This document shows, piece after piece, positions 27,822-37,187 of a stretch of 64,000 nucleotides of DNA (its first letter is position 1; each line of letters starts with the position of its first letter). A model generated the notes under the pieces. That model was not told the origin of the DNA, did no database searches, and saw only the letters and a program-made list of their open reading frames with translations. The DNA lies in IMG/VR virus record IMGVR_UViG_3300008110_010000, positions 155,356 to 219,355 of that record, one strand, 5' to 3'. The translations under genes were made by a program, and so were the position numbers.

Positions 27822-30800
27822 ATGGCAGGTACTAAAAATTCAATAAGTTCACTACTAGCTCAATTTCTAAGACTTCAAAAAAACTCTTTAGAAATTATCA
27901 ATAAGTTGAGTAACGCTACAACTTCGAAAGAAGATATTGTCAGCGTTGAATTTATTGATGAAAATAATAATGCTAGTACGATCTCGATTCCTTCTTGGGG
28001 TTATATTATAAACGAAATTAAGAGATTAGATTCTAATATTAAAAGATTAAGTGGATTAGAAGACGGTGATGCAAATGTTAGAAATGCAGACGGGACTGTT
28101 TCTAGAATTTACGAAGCTAAACCTCTATTAGATCCTATAGCCCCTGCTAATTTGCAGGTTCCCTCTAATTTTAAATTTAGAAGCAATCATTTTTTTGAAA
28201 GCTTTTTAAATCCCCTTCTATTTGTATCTTTCAATCTGGATGGACAGGTTGATTCTGAAACGAAAAGAGTTTTTGTAAAAAGAATTATAGCAAATACTTT
28301 TACTGACGCCCAAAAAAATTGGTTCGATACCAATTTAAAGGGTAGAAATGATATCAGTGACTCTGATTTAATGAGTGCTCTTACCGGGGAGGGAATAACT
28401 TACACTATAGACGAATCCCCAGAAGACTTACCTCTTAGGGTAATTAGATACAAGGGAAACTTTGCTGTTTTAAGAGTATTTGATACGATAGTTCCTGTGA
28501 CAATTGGTGGACAAGTTGTTAATCAAACTGTAAGGAAATATAAATTAGATACTATCACATACAAGGATCTAATTTCATCTGGATTAAATTCTGACCGACA
28601 AATTAAAGTAGGGGATCAATTAATGACTAAAGGAGGAAGTAAGCTAGAGGTTACTTCCATAGATCTTTCTGAATTAACCGTTGTATTAAAAAGAATTAGC
28701 GGATATGATCCAGTTCCAATTGGTGAGGGTGCACTAACCCTATCTTCTGATATACTTTCACCCCTTCAAGTTAATGTTAACATTGGACACGATGAAAGAC
28801 AGGGGGTTTTTATTAAAGCCATTAACGATAATCACCATGTTACCGGTTCTACGTATAGTAACGGCGTTATTTTTTATTCCAATGAAATGATTATCGGAAC
28901 TTCAAACGGAAACATGACACTTGATGAGTTTTATAAAACTCAAGTTGCAGATTTCGGGTCTCAATTTTTATCTAACACCAAAGAAAAGGTAATACCTTCG
29001 GTATATGGTTTAGTCCCAAATGTTCCAGTACTTAATTCTTCTAATTTTAAAGTTGTACAAATTAACAAGCAGATCACTCAGTCTACAACATCTGAAAAAT
29101 TTGCTGCAGCGGTTCAAAATAAGGTTAAGCTTCAAAACGAAATTGATGCAATTAATAAATCTATAGATCAAACAAGAAGTGAGCTTGCAGATTTAACTAT
29201 AACATCAGTCACAAAATCTACTGCATCATCTAGAGAAAGTTTAATAGCAAAAATTGACAGTTTAACTAGAGAAAAATCTACTAAGACCTCTTTGTTACAA
29301 ACTGTGATACAGGATCTAAATAATCTTTCTAGTGCTGCACCAGAAGTTACAGAAGCTCCTAAATATAGAGTAAGAGGATTTTGGCCAATTCCTTCCCCAA
29401 TAGAGGATGGAAAATCAGGATCTCAAAGTGTTATACAATTCAGAGTAAGATACAGATATTTAACTAAGCAGGGTAACGCTACTAATGCGGAAGAGATTAA
29501 ATTTTCGGATAACGACGGAACTGAAAGAAGAGCAACGTACAGTAACTGGATAGAGTATAAAACAGATATTAGAAAAAAGTCCTATGACTCTGTAACTAAA
29601 AAATATTTCTGGAAAGACGAAGATGTTCAAGATGCTGATCTTCCTAACATTAATCAAATAGATATTCCTGTAACATCTGGAGAAAAAGTTGAAATTAAGG
29701 TATCATCTATTTCTGAAGCTGGCTGGCCTATGAATCCTTTAGAATCTGATTTTTCTGGATCTGTTATAATAGATTTTCCAGAAGAGCTTTCTGTCGGAAA
29801 CACTAACGAACAGTATGTTACACAAAACTCGAATGACCAGGTTTTAGTTTCCCTTCAGCAGGATTTAACTTCTAGAGGATTAGATTCGCATCTATCAACA
29901 GCATTTAATAGTGGAGATAAATATTTTGCCCACGTAGCTGATACCATATCTTCAGGATTTTTTGATAGTACAGGAAGATCTCTGGATTTATATCAAAAAA
30001 TATTAGCTATGGATAAAGAGATAGCTTCATTAAAAGCATTAATATCTGTAGCTAAAGGAGTACTTACTGTTTATATTAAGAGCGGAAGCGATCTAATAAA
30101 AGTTAATAGAGGATCAGTTGTTGAACTATTTGCTGGATATTATGACGAGCTAATAGATTTAACTAACTTTTCAAATTATGGAAAAATAGTTTCTGTTCTG
30201 TATTCTATAGAACTTAGAAATGAAACTGCTTCACCATTAGAGCTTGCATCTATTATTCCAGGAGGTCAAAATGTTATGTCTCTTGATAACACTAGTACTA
30301 CTGCAACTCCGGATTATGCTACTAACAGAAAATATGATTTATCTCCTATTTCTTTAACAAGCATAAAACCCCTTGATGTAAGACCAAACCTAACAGGAAG
30401 AAATTCTTATATTCACGCATCTCCTTTCCAATCTGCGAATGCAAATTCTCAATTCATTTATCCTAGATTTAAATCGGTAGGATTTGATGATGATTTATAT
30501 TTCACTCCAAAAACAGGATTAACTTGGAATTCTGAAAGCGGGGTTAGTGGTGTTCCGGTAGATGGAGGAAGTTTAATTCCGTTTAAGCCCGGAGGTACTT
30601 CCACTCCTGGAACAGCTAATGCTAATATTTGGAACGGATCTTATGCATCCGGATCTCCTGTTGGAAACGGAAAGTTAAATGAGTTTTGCGTTCATATTTC
30701 GCATCCTACAATCGTGAATGAAGCTACAACAACATCTAAAAGTTTTGAGAATTTAATTCGTCCAATACAAGGAACCAGTGGATTTAATTACCCATCTTTT

Positions 30801-31355
30801 AGACATTCACTAGGATTTGAAGCTTCTTCTACCGATACATTGTTTGTTAATACAGTAACAAACCAGACCAAAAATTATCAGCAGCTTTCTTATAACCAGA
30901 TTGCTACAAACTCTTATGGAGCTACTGGTGCAAATACCTCATATCCAGAAAAGCTAGGATTTAGTTCAGATGATGAATATTTGGTCGGAAAATATTCTTG
31001 CGGATCATATCTATTTATGTCTCCTTCAAGTCACTCTACGATCCAAGTTGAGGGTTCAACAACTCTAGCAACAAAAACGCTTTCTTCTGGTGAAGAAAAT
31101 TCTATAGTTATACCCGTCTTATTCCAAATGAGATGTCAGGATAAACTTGGCTATATAGGAGGATTTAGAAATAGCGGAGCGATAAGAAATATTACCTACA
31201 CTAAAAAGATAGGGATAGATATAAAAGTAAATAATGAAGAGTTATTTTCTTTTGACTTGTCAGTCTCAGGAAGCTATACTAAATCAGCATTAGCTTCTCC
31301 AACATATTCAAGTTTTAGAGACAGACTAGGAATAAGAAGACTCATCGAGGCATAA
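27822..31355 (+). CDS. Unknown virion structural protein (1177 aa) with a central coiled coil
   Basis: Long ORF 1 nt after the previous stop; coiled coil KVKLQNEIDAINKSIDQTRSEL. Confidence 0.6.
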   Translation: MAGTKNSISSLLAQFLRLQKNSLEIINKLSNATTSKEDIVSVEFIDENNNASTISIPSWGYIINEIKRLDSNIKRLSGLEDGDANVRNADGTVSRIYEAKPLLDPIAPANLQVPSNFKFRSNHFFESFLNPLLFVSFNLDGQVDSETKRVFVKRIIANTFTDAQKNWFDTNLKGRNDISDSDLMSALTGEGITYTIDESPEDLPLRVIRYKGNFAVLRVFDTIVPVTIGGQVVNQTVRKYKLDTITYKDLISSGLNSDRQIKVGDQLMTKGGSKLEVTSIDLSELTVVLKRISGYDPVPIGEGALTLSSDILSPLQVNVNIGHDERQGVFIKAINDNHHVTGSTYSNGVIFYSNEMIIGTSNGNMTLDEFYKTQVADFGSQFLSNTKEKVIPSVYGLVPNVPVLNSSNFKVVQINKQITQSTTSEKFAAAVQNKVKLQNEIDAINKSIDQTRSELADLTITSVTKSTASSRESLIAKIDSLTREKSTKTSLLQTVIQDLNNLSSAAPEVTEAPKYRVRGFWPIPSPIEDGKSGSQSVIQFRVRYRYLTKQGNATNAEEIKFSDNDGTERRATYSNWIEYKTDIRKKSYDSVTKKYFWKDEDVQDADLPNINQIDIPVTSGEKVEIKVSSISEAGWPMNPLESDFSGSVIIDFPEELSVGNTNEQYVTQNSNDQVLVSLQQDLTSRGLDSHLSTAFNSGDKYFAHVADTISSGFFDSTGRSLDLYQKILAMDKEIASLKALISVAKGVLTVYIKSGSDLIKVNRGSVVELFAGYYDELIDLTNFSNYGKIVSVLYSIELRNETASPLELASIIPGGQNVMSLDNTSTTATPDYATNRKYDLSPISLTSIKPLDVRPNLTGRNSYIHASPFQSANANSQFIYPRFKSVGFDDDLYFTPKTGLTWNSESGVSGVPVDGGSLIPFKPGGTSTPGTANANIWNGSYASGSPVGNGKLNEFCVHISHPTIVNEATTTSKSFENLIRPIQGTSGFNYPSFRHSLGFEASSTDTLFVNTVTNQTKNYQQLSYNQIATNSYGATGANTSYPEKLGFSSDDEYLVGKYSCGSYLFMSPSSHSTIQVEGSTTLATKTLSSGEENSIVIPVLFQMRCQDKLGYIGGFRNSGAIRNITYTKKIGIDIKVNNEELFSFDLSVSGSYTKSALASPTYSSFRDRLGIRRLIEA

Positions 31356-31361
31356 CTATAA

Positions 31362-34300
31362 ATGGCTACAAAAAAAGGAAAATATAAGTCATCGTTCGGG
31401 GTACTTAGATCTAATCCTAGGATTTCTGGTAACCTGAAGATCAGCGTTGATTCATCAGGAAATCTATGGTTTAATTCTATAGATTCAAATGATGAAATGT
31501 CTAAAAACCAATACAAAGGATATAGAATATCCCCCGATGGAGATTTTGCTCAGGATGTTTATAATTTCTTTGATGAAGGAAAAACCCCCGGGGATTTTGT
31601 TTTTGGTCTAAAAAACGAAAAAAGCCCAAAAGATACTTATACCTCCACATTAAGCGATCAATTTGATGGATTTTATCACGCAGGAGCGAACCCCTTAATA
31701 TCTAATCTATACGAGGAAGAATTTTCATTCCTTGCTCCAATCAGAGTACAGAGGGATTTGCCTAAGTATTTTGTAATATTTAGAATAACCGATCCGATAG
31801 ATTTTTCATATCTAATACCGGTTACATCTTTAACAGTTGGAAAAACCTATAAGGTAGTTGAAAAATATGGACTTGATAAAAACTCTAATTCTTATCTTCC
31901 ATATAAAATAAAATCTAGCGGTACGGAATATTCCTCCGGGGAGATTTTTGTTGCTAGTTCTACTGGGTTTGATTTAGTTCAGGGTCAAGGCGATGTCATC
32001 CTTTTGGATTCAAATTATAACATACAATTCATAGGTGATGAGCAGGACCATTTTATAGAAAACATCTTACCAAAGTCCAGAATAGTTGCAACATATTCAT
32101 TGCAGGAAGATTCTAAATTGGGAAAATATCTTTCTAAAATAAGGTCTAATATAAACTATACCCAGTCATTAATCGATGTTAAATTTGAGAAAGATTCCCT
32201 AACTACATACAATGGGGTCTCTATAAAGGACGGGGTTTTCTGTAAAAAGGGAGAGTATCTAAATTCTGTTTTTTCTGCTGATGCACCCATTATTGAAACT
32301 GATGAACTAATAACTGATGGATTTAAAAGAAATGGGGTTATTTCCCATAGTATATTAAATCTAGAGTTTCTTTTTAATGATCCTGATGCAGACCTATACA
32401 GTATCAATAGATATTATGGATTTTACGTCGATGATATAAAAACGGGTACGTTTAGATTATCAGCGGATTTATTTTTTAATAATTCCGCATCTGTTAATAA
32501 TTTTCCGGAGCCAAAGTCACCTTATCAGATATCTGATAAAATGACATCTTCTTATTATCAGCAGAATGATAATGGATTAAGACTTTTCGTTGATCCTGAT
32601 TCTATATGGGGTTACGTTCCTACATCAGACGATGTTCACACAAACGAAAGATTGAAATCTTTTTATATCAAAGATAAGAATAGAAATTTTTATTCATATA
32701 AGCAGATAAAAAATTATTCAACGGATGCAACCAATTCTGATAAATGGGGAACAGGAACCACTCAAAACGATTTATTAATAATTAGTAATAAACTTGTTGA
32801 CCTCTCTGTTTTTTCTGGGCCAAATTCATTGAAAACAAAAGAATATAAGGGAGAAATTTCAGAAGAAACTGGTAGGTCATATTCCGTTATTAAAATTGAT
32901 GGTCAATTGCTACCAAATGACGCTATAGTTTTGTACCATCCTTTTGGAGTTAACCAAATCGGGAACAGAAGATTTGATTATTTTGTAGCATCAGAATTAA
33001 CATATGTCAGAGGAGGATGGGGACCTGGAAGTTTTACTGATGAAGGGGGAGTTTATTATTTTCATCCATTTGGAACCAAATCACAAATTGCTGAAGCAAT
33101 AGCAGGGGTTTTAAATAGTGTAAATTATAAATCATATAGAGCATTTGCAATAGGAAATGAAGTTATTATAAGAACTTCAGGTTCGGATGAAACTAACAAC
33201 AATCTTTTTTCTTTATTCTCGTATAGGGATTACTATAATAAACTTTCCTTCGACAGAAGGGGAAAGATTTTCTTTAATGATATAGATGTAAACGATCTAA
33301 CCACGGATTTAAAATTTATCGGGGGTTCTAAGTATTCCAATACAAGGATTAAAATTAAAAACGAGGACGCCTATAAACTTTCAGTTGATAGAAGTTACAT
33401 TAAGACGAACTTCGGCCTTTCAAAAGTTAAGTTTATAGGGAAGTGTGTTGACTATAGTGATTCAGAGCTTCAATACAATACCATAAAAGATTATTTAACA
33501 CACTCGATAGTTGAAATCCAGGATAACACCCATACAGTTTTAAGGGGATCCCTTGGAACTATTATAACTGAAGAATTAGTAGATATTGAGACTGGGGTAT
33601 TTTCTTTCTATCCAACGAAAGATCTTGATGTGGACTTCTGGAGTAGCACATACGGAAAAACCCCGACAGAAGAATACTATAGATATATTGATGTTCAACC
33701 TGACGGAATAACCCCGATTTACGAAGGAATTGATTATGCGGTTGCTAATGGATCAACTGTTTCTTATATGGGAAGCACATACGGTCCAACTGGCAGTTAC
33801 ATATTTAGAGGAGGAACTGCTTCTAATTACAGCTTAATTTCCGGTAATAATTCAGGGAAAGCAAATGTTGTTCCTTTGATGTATGTTAAAGATCTTAATC
33901 AGGCTAGGTTTTTTGGTTTCAATGATCCTCTTCCAGATTTAGATAGATTTCCCGGTTTTGCAGGATTGCAAGAAATTAAATATCTTGACGAAGCATCTCA
34001 GATCTCTTCAAAAAGGGATCAAATGAATTTTGGTAAGGTTGATAATGAGTATGACGTTTTAAAAGAAAATTATCTTAGATCACTGGTTACAAGATCGAGG
34101 GTAACACCATACATTACCAAATGGGTTTACGAGGGTGGAACTGATGTAAGAGGGAATGATTATAGATTAAATTCCAGTTCCGCTTTTACACCATTAAATT
34201 TTTCCCCTGGATTTTTCAGTCCAGGTAGAGATCCTTTATATTTTACAAATGAATGGTATGTATTGGAAACCCCTCCAATATCAGCTACTTCAAACCTGAT

Positions 34301-37160
34301 AAAGTCTTCTTCCAATTATTGTGCAGGTTCATTTTCTTTATCCTCTGTTCAAAACGCAGATCCTGCTAGCGAGGATTATTTCTTAAATTATTTTACTGTA
34401 GACGGGAAAGATTTCTACGATCTTGATAATGTTAGATTTAGTTCTGTTGAATCAAAACCAATAGAGCAAAGATATACATGGTTTACATATGATAATTCTT
34501 CAGGATTTTCCGAAACCCTCTACAGAGGGGTAAAAGTAAGAATCAAGGAAAGAACTGAAGCTTCTATCCAAACCAGAGAAACTAATTTGTTTAAAACTGG
34601 TGATCAGAAATTTAATGATTACAAATTCTCATGTATTTTAAGAGCTGTAGAGGATCCGGATCCTTATGGAGTAACCTCTCCAGTGACATTTCAAGTACAT
34701 CAGAACGAAGAATTTAAAACTGTCACATTCATAATTACCTTGATAGTATCTGATGTTAGATTTGTAGATCCTGAAAAGTTAAAAGATATTCTATATTTGG
34801 CATCAGGTCCAGCAGATGTATCTCAATCAAATTCAACTGGATCCTGGTATTTTAATCCTACTGGAATACACGGAGGTGCGGATTATTTTGGTCTATATTC
34901 TCTTTCTAATAAATTAAGACATAAGGTAACGGGAGGATCAGGAACTGATGAGTATTCTAGAATAACATCAAGTCCAGCTGGTCTGCTTAATTCAGATCTT
35001 TCCTATGTTAAGTTGAGTTCGGGATTGAATTTTTCCAGTCTTGCAACAATTGGAATTCAGTCAATAGTAAGTTCAACTACAGTGGACGGAACGGGTATAG
35101 CTGCAATAGCAACAAATCCAAATTATGATACAGATTTAAGGAATGAAGTTCAATTCTATTCCCCTACTACCCCAGTAAATTCTTTTTCACCAGGAAGCAG
35201 GCCTGCTAATTATCTTGACACGTTTACTCTTTTTTCTCCGAAATCCGGGGATCCTGGAGCTTATTGGTACAGAACCCCATGGATTACTGGTGCTGGAAAA
35301 AATTACGTAAACTTTAGCGAGATTAGCTATGTTGGGGGTTATTATTTTGATTTTTCTAATCTGGGATATACTCCCCCTAGTTTTACTTCTGTACCAGTTC
35401 CTGTCTCTTATAATATTTTTTCTGCGAGAGCAGTATATCAAGCAGGAGCAGGTCAAAGCTACTGGGATTCTGTTTTTGATAAGATAACGTTCCCTGAAAT
35501 CTATAAACTATTTTTGAATAATAGTCCATACATAAAATATACAAAATCTTATTGGAATACCACAACTCAAAGCACAGTGGTAACTTCAGATACCTTTGTT
35601 TTAGAATTCATAAAACCATCATCCTTCTTACAGACAAACAAATTAATTCCTGTGGAGGAAAATTATAAACCTGAATCTTTTTCCAATGTTAATGTTGGAT
35701 ATGATTTAGTTTCCGAAGATGATGTGACTGAATTTTTTAGATATGGCGGTGGATATACTCCGAAGTTTTTAGAAATAATACATTTTAAAAATACCAAGAA
35801 TGATTTCTTAGTTTCTGATAGAGATACACCAACTTCTCCTAGTTTACAAATAGATGTTTCTATTTCGGAAAAAATACCAGGATCCCCCTATTATGGTGTA
35901 GGATCTAGCTATGAAATATCAATCGATGGAAAAACCCGAAAAAAAATAAGATTAGTCAGGGGAAACACATATAACTTTGTTTTTACCAATTTTGTTAAAG
36001 ATAGTGTTCCCTCGTATTCAGGTTCTTCAACATATTCAGAAAATTCTGTGGTGGATTATCTGGGAAATCTTTATATCTCATTAGCAAATTCAAACACAGG
36101 AAACACCCCAACTTCTTCCCCACTTTGGTGGACATCTTATTCGGTTGTTGCAAGAAAGGATTTCGTTCTTTCCATTCTTAAAAATAGTGGGGAAAGCGCT
36201 GATGTATATTCGAAAGGATTTACATACTCGGGTGTAACTGGAGCAACTTTTATCGTTCCTCAAAATGCTCCCGATGAAATATATTATGAGTTAAAAGATG
36301 AAAGTTACTCTGGGGGATCCTCCTTAATTGCAGAAAGCTTAGAATATAAAAACGTAACATTTGGCTCCAATAAGGATAATTTTGGAAAAGTTAAAAATGT
36401 TAATTTCTATAAGTATGCAAAATCTAATCCCTTCCAAGTAGATCCGCAATCCGGATATAAAGCGGAATACCCGCTCATAGGAGAATCCCCTATAGGTATA
36501 AGAGACACGTTTATTTTTGAGAGCACGTGGGATCCTGGAAGATATAGAGAATACAGTACAGGAAATAGTTTTAGTTATATCCCAGGAACTAAAAATATGA
36601 TAGAACAGAAAAATTTCTTCGGTAGTAAGGTGATGAAAACACCAAACACCATAAGGGAAGATTTTCAACTAAAATATTCCTCTTCGATTTCTGATGTGTT
36701 TAGTGTTAACAAGGACCTTTATCCTAAGTATGAAATCCTTTGGGAAGAAACTGAAACCGAGATAAAGGCTCTTTTAATAGTTGAAAGAACCGCTATAAAG
36801 CATTTTCAAGAGGGGGGAATTGATAAAAAATTTAGTGAAATCTTGGTTCCTGAATTTGGTATCGGGGACGGAACTATCCTATCTGATGACATTGACGAAT
36901 ATTTAAAAAACAACGTTCTTCCCCAGTATGAAACTAAAGAGATAGTGGTTTATATTAAAAAGATTAGAAGAACTGAAGGAGTAGATTTGGATCCTATAAT
37001 TACAAATTTAAGCAATTATGAAAAGATATCTTCCGGATTTGTGAAGACAAATAACAATGATATTAAAAAACGTAGCCAGTTAGAATTTGAGTATAGGTTG
37101 CAGAAGGATCCAACATATGATTATTCTGTCGCCTTCTCTTTACTGGTCGGAAAGATATAA
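31362..37160 (+). CDS. Unknown virion structural protein (1932 aa) with nested cupredoxin-like and CBM-like modules
   Basis: IRLVRGNTYNF...TFIVPQNAPDEIYY interrupted by YSGSSTYSENSVV...PTSSPLWW. Confidence 0.6.
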   Translation: MATKKGKYKSSFGVLRSNPRISGNLKISVDSSGNLWFNSIDSNDEMSKNQYKGYRISPDGDFAQDVYNFFDEGKTPGDFVFGLKNEKSPKDTYTSTLSDQFDGFYHAGANPLISNLYEEEFSFLAPIRVQRDLPKYFVIFRITDPIDFSYLIPVTSLTVGKTYKVVEKYGLDKNSNSYLPYKIKSSGTEYSSGEIFVASSTGFDLVQGQGDVILLDSNYNIQFIGDEQDHFIENILPKSRIVATYSLQEDSKLGKYLSKIRSNINYTQSLIDVKFEKDSLTTYNGVSIKDGVFCKKGEYLNSVFSADAPIIETDELITDGFKRNGVISHSILNLEFLFNDPDADLYSINRYYGFYVDDIKTGTFRLSADLFFNNSASVNNFPEPKSPYQISDKMTSSYYQQNDNGLRLFVDPDSIWGYVPTSDDVHTNERLKSFYIKDKNRNFYSYKQIKNYSTDATNSDKWGTGTTQNDLLIISNKLVDLSVFSGPNSLKTKEYKGEISEETGRSYSVIKIDGQLLPNDAIVLYHPFGVNQIGNRRFDYFVASELTYVRGGWGPGSFTDEGGVYYFHPFGTKSQIAEAIAGVLNSVNYKSYRAFAIGNEVIIRTSGSDETNNNLFSLFSYRDYYNKLSFDRRGKIFFNDIDVNDLTTDLKFIGGSKYSNTRIKIKNEDAYKLSVDRSYIKTNFGLSKVKFIGKCVDYSDSELQYNTIKDYLTHSIVEIQDNTHTVLRGSLGTIITEELVDIETGVFSFYPTKDLDVDFWSSTYGKTPTEEYYRYIDVQPDGITPIYEGIDYAVANGSTVSYMGSTYGPTGSYIFRGGTASNYSLISGNNSGKANVVPLMYVKDLNQARFFGFNDPLPDLDRFPGFAGLQEIKYLDEASQISSKRDQMNFGKVDNEYDVLKENYLRSLVTRSRVTPYITKWVYEGGTDVRGNDYRLNSSSAFTPLNFSPGFFSPGRDPLYFTNEWYVLETPPISATSNLIKSSSNYCAGSFSLSSVQNADPASEDYFLNYFTVDGKDFYDLDNVRFSSVESKPIEQRYTWFTYDNSSGFSETLYRGVKVRIKERTEASIQTRETNLFKTGDQKFNDYKFSCILRAVEDPDPYGVTSPVTFQVHQNEEFKTVTFIITLIVSDVRFVDPEKLKDILYLASGPADVSQSNSTGSWYFNPTGIHGGADYFGLYSLSNKLRHKVTGGSGTDEYSRITSSPAGLLNSDLSYVKLSSGLNFSSLATIGIQSIVSSTTVDGTGIAAIATNPNYDTDLRNEVQFYSPTTPVNSFSPGSRPANYLDTFTLFSPKSGDPGAYWYRTPWITGAGKNYVNFSEISYVGGYYFDFSNLGYTPPSFTSVPVPVSYNIFSARAVYQAGAGQSYWDSVFDKITFPEIYKLFLNNSPYIKYTKSYWNTTTQSTVVTSDTFVLEFIKPSSFLQTNKLIPVEENYKPESFSNVNVGYDLVSEDDVTEFFRYGGGYTPKFLEIIHFKNTKNDFLVSDRDTPTSPSLQIDVSISEKIPGSPYYGVGSSYEISIDGKTRKKIRLVRGNTYNFVFTNFVKDSVPSYSGSSTYSENSVVDYLGNLYISLANSNTGNTPTSSPLWWTSYSVVARKDFVLSILKNSGESADVYSKGFTYSGVTGATFIVPQNAPDEIYYELKDESYSGGSSLIAESLEYKNVTFGSNKDNFGKVKNVNFYKYAKSNPFQVDPQSGYKAEYPLIGESPIGIRDTFIFESTWDPGRYREYSTGNSFSYIPGTKNMIEQKNFFGSKVMKTPNTIREDFQLKYSSSISDVFSVNKDLYPKYEILWEETETEIKALLIVERTAIKHFQEGGIDKKFSEILVPEFGIGDGTILSDDIDEYLKNNVLPQYETKEIVVYIKKIRRTEGVDLDPIITNLSNYEKISSGFVKTNNNDIKKRSQLEFEYRLQKDPTYDYSVAFSLLVGKI

Positions 37161-37161
37161 G

Positions 37162-37169
37162 GATATATA
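37162..37169 (+). promoter_or_regulatory. Late promoter GATATATA
   Basis: 18 nt before ATG 37188. Confidence 0.6.
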
Positions 37170-37187
37170 AAATTAATTTAGATAGAA

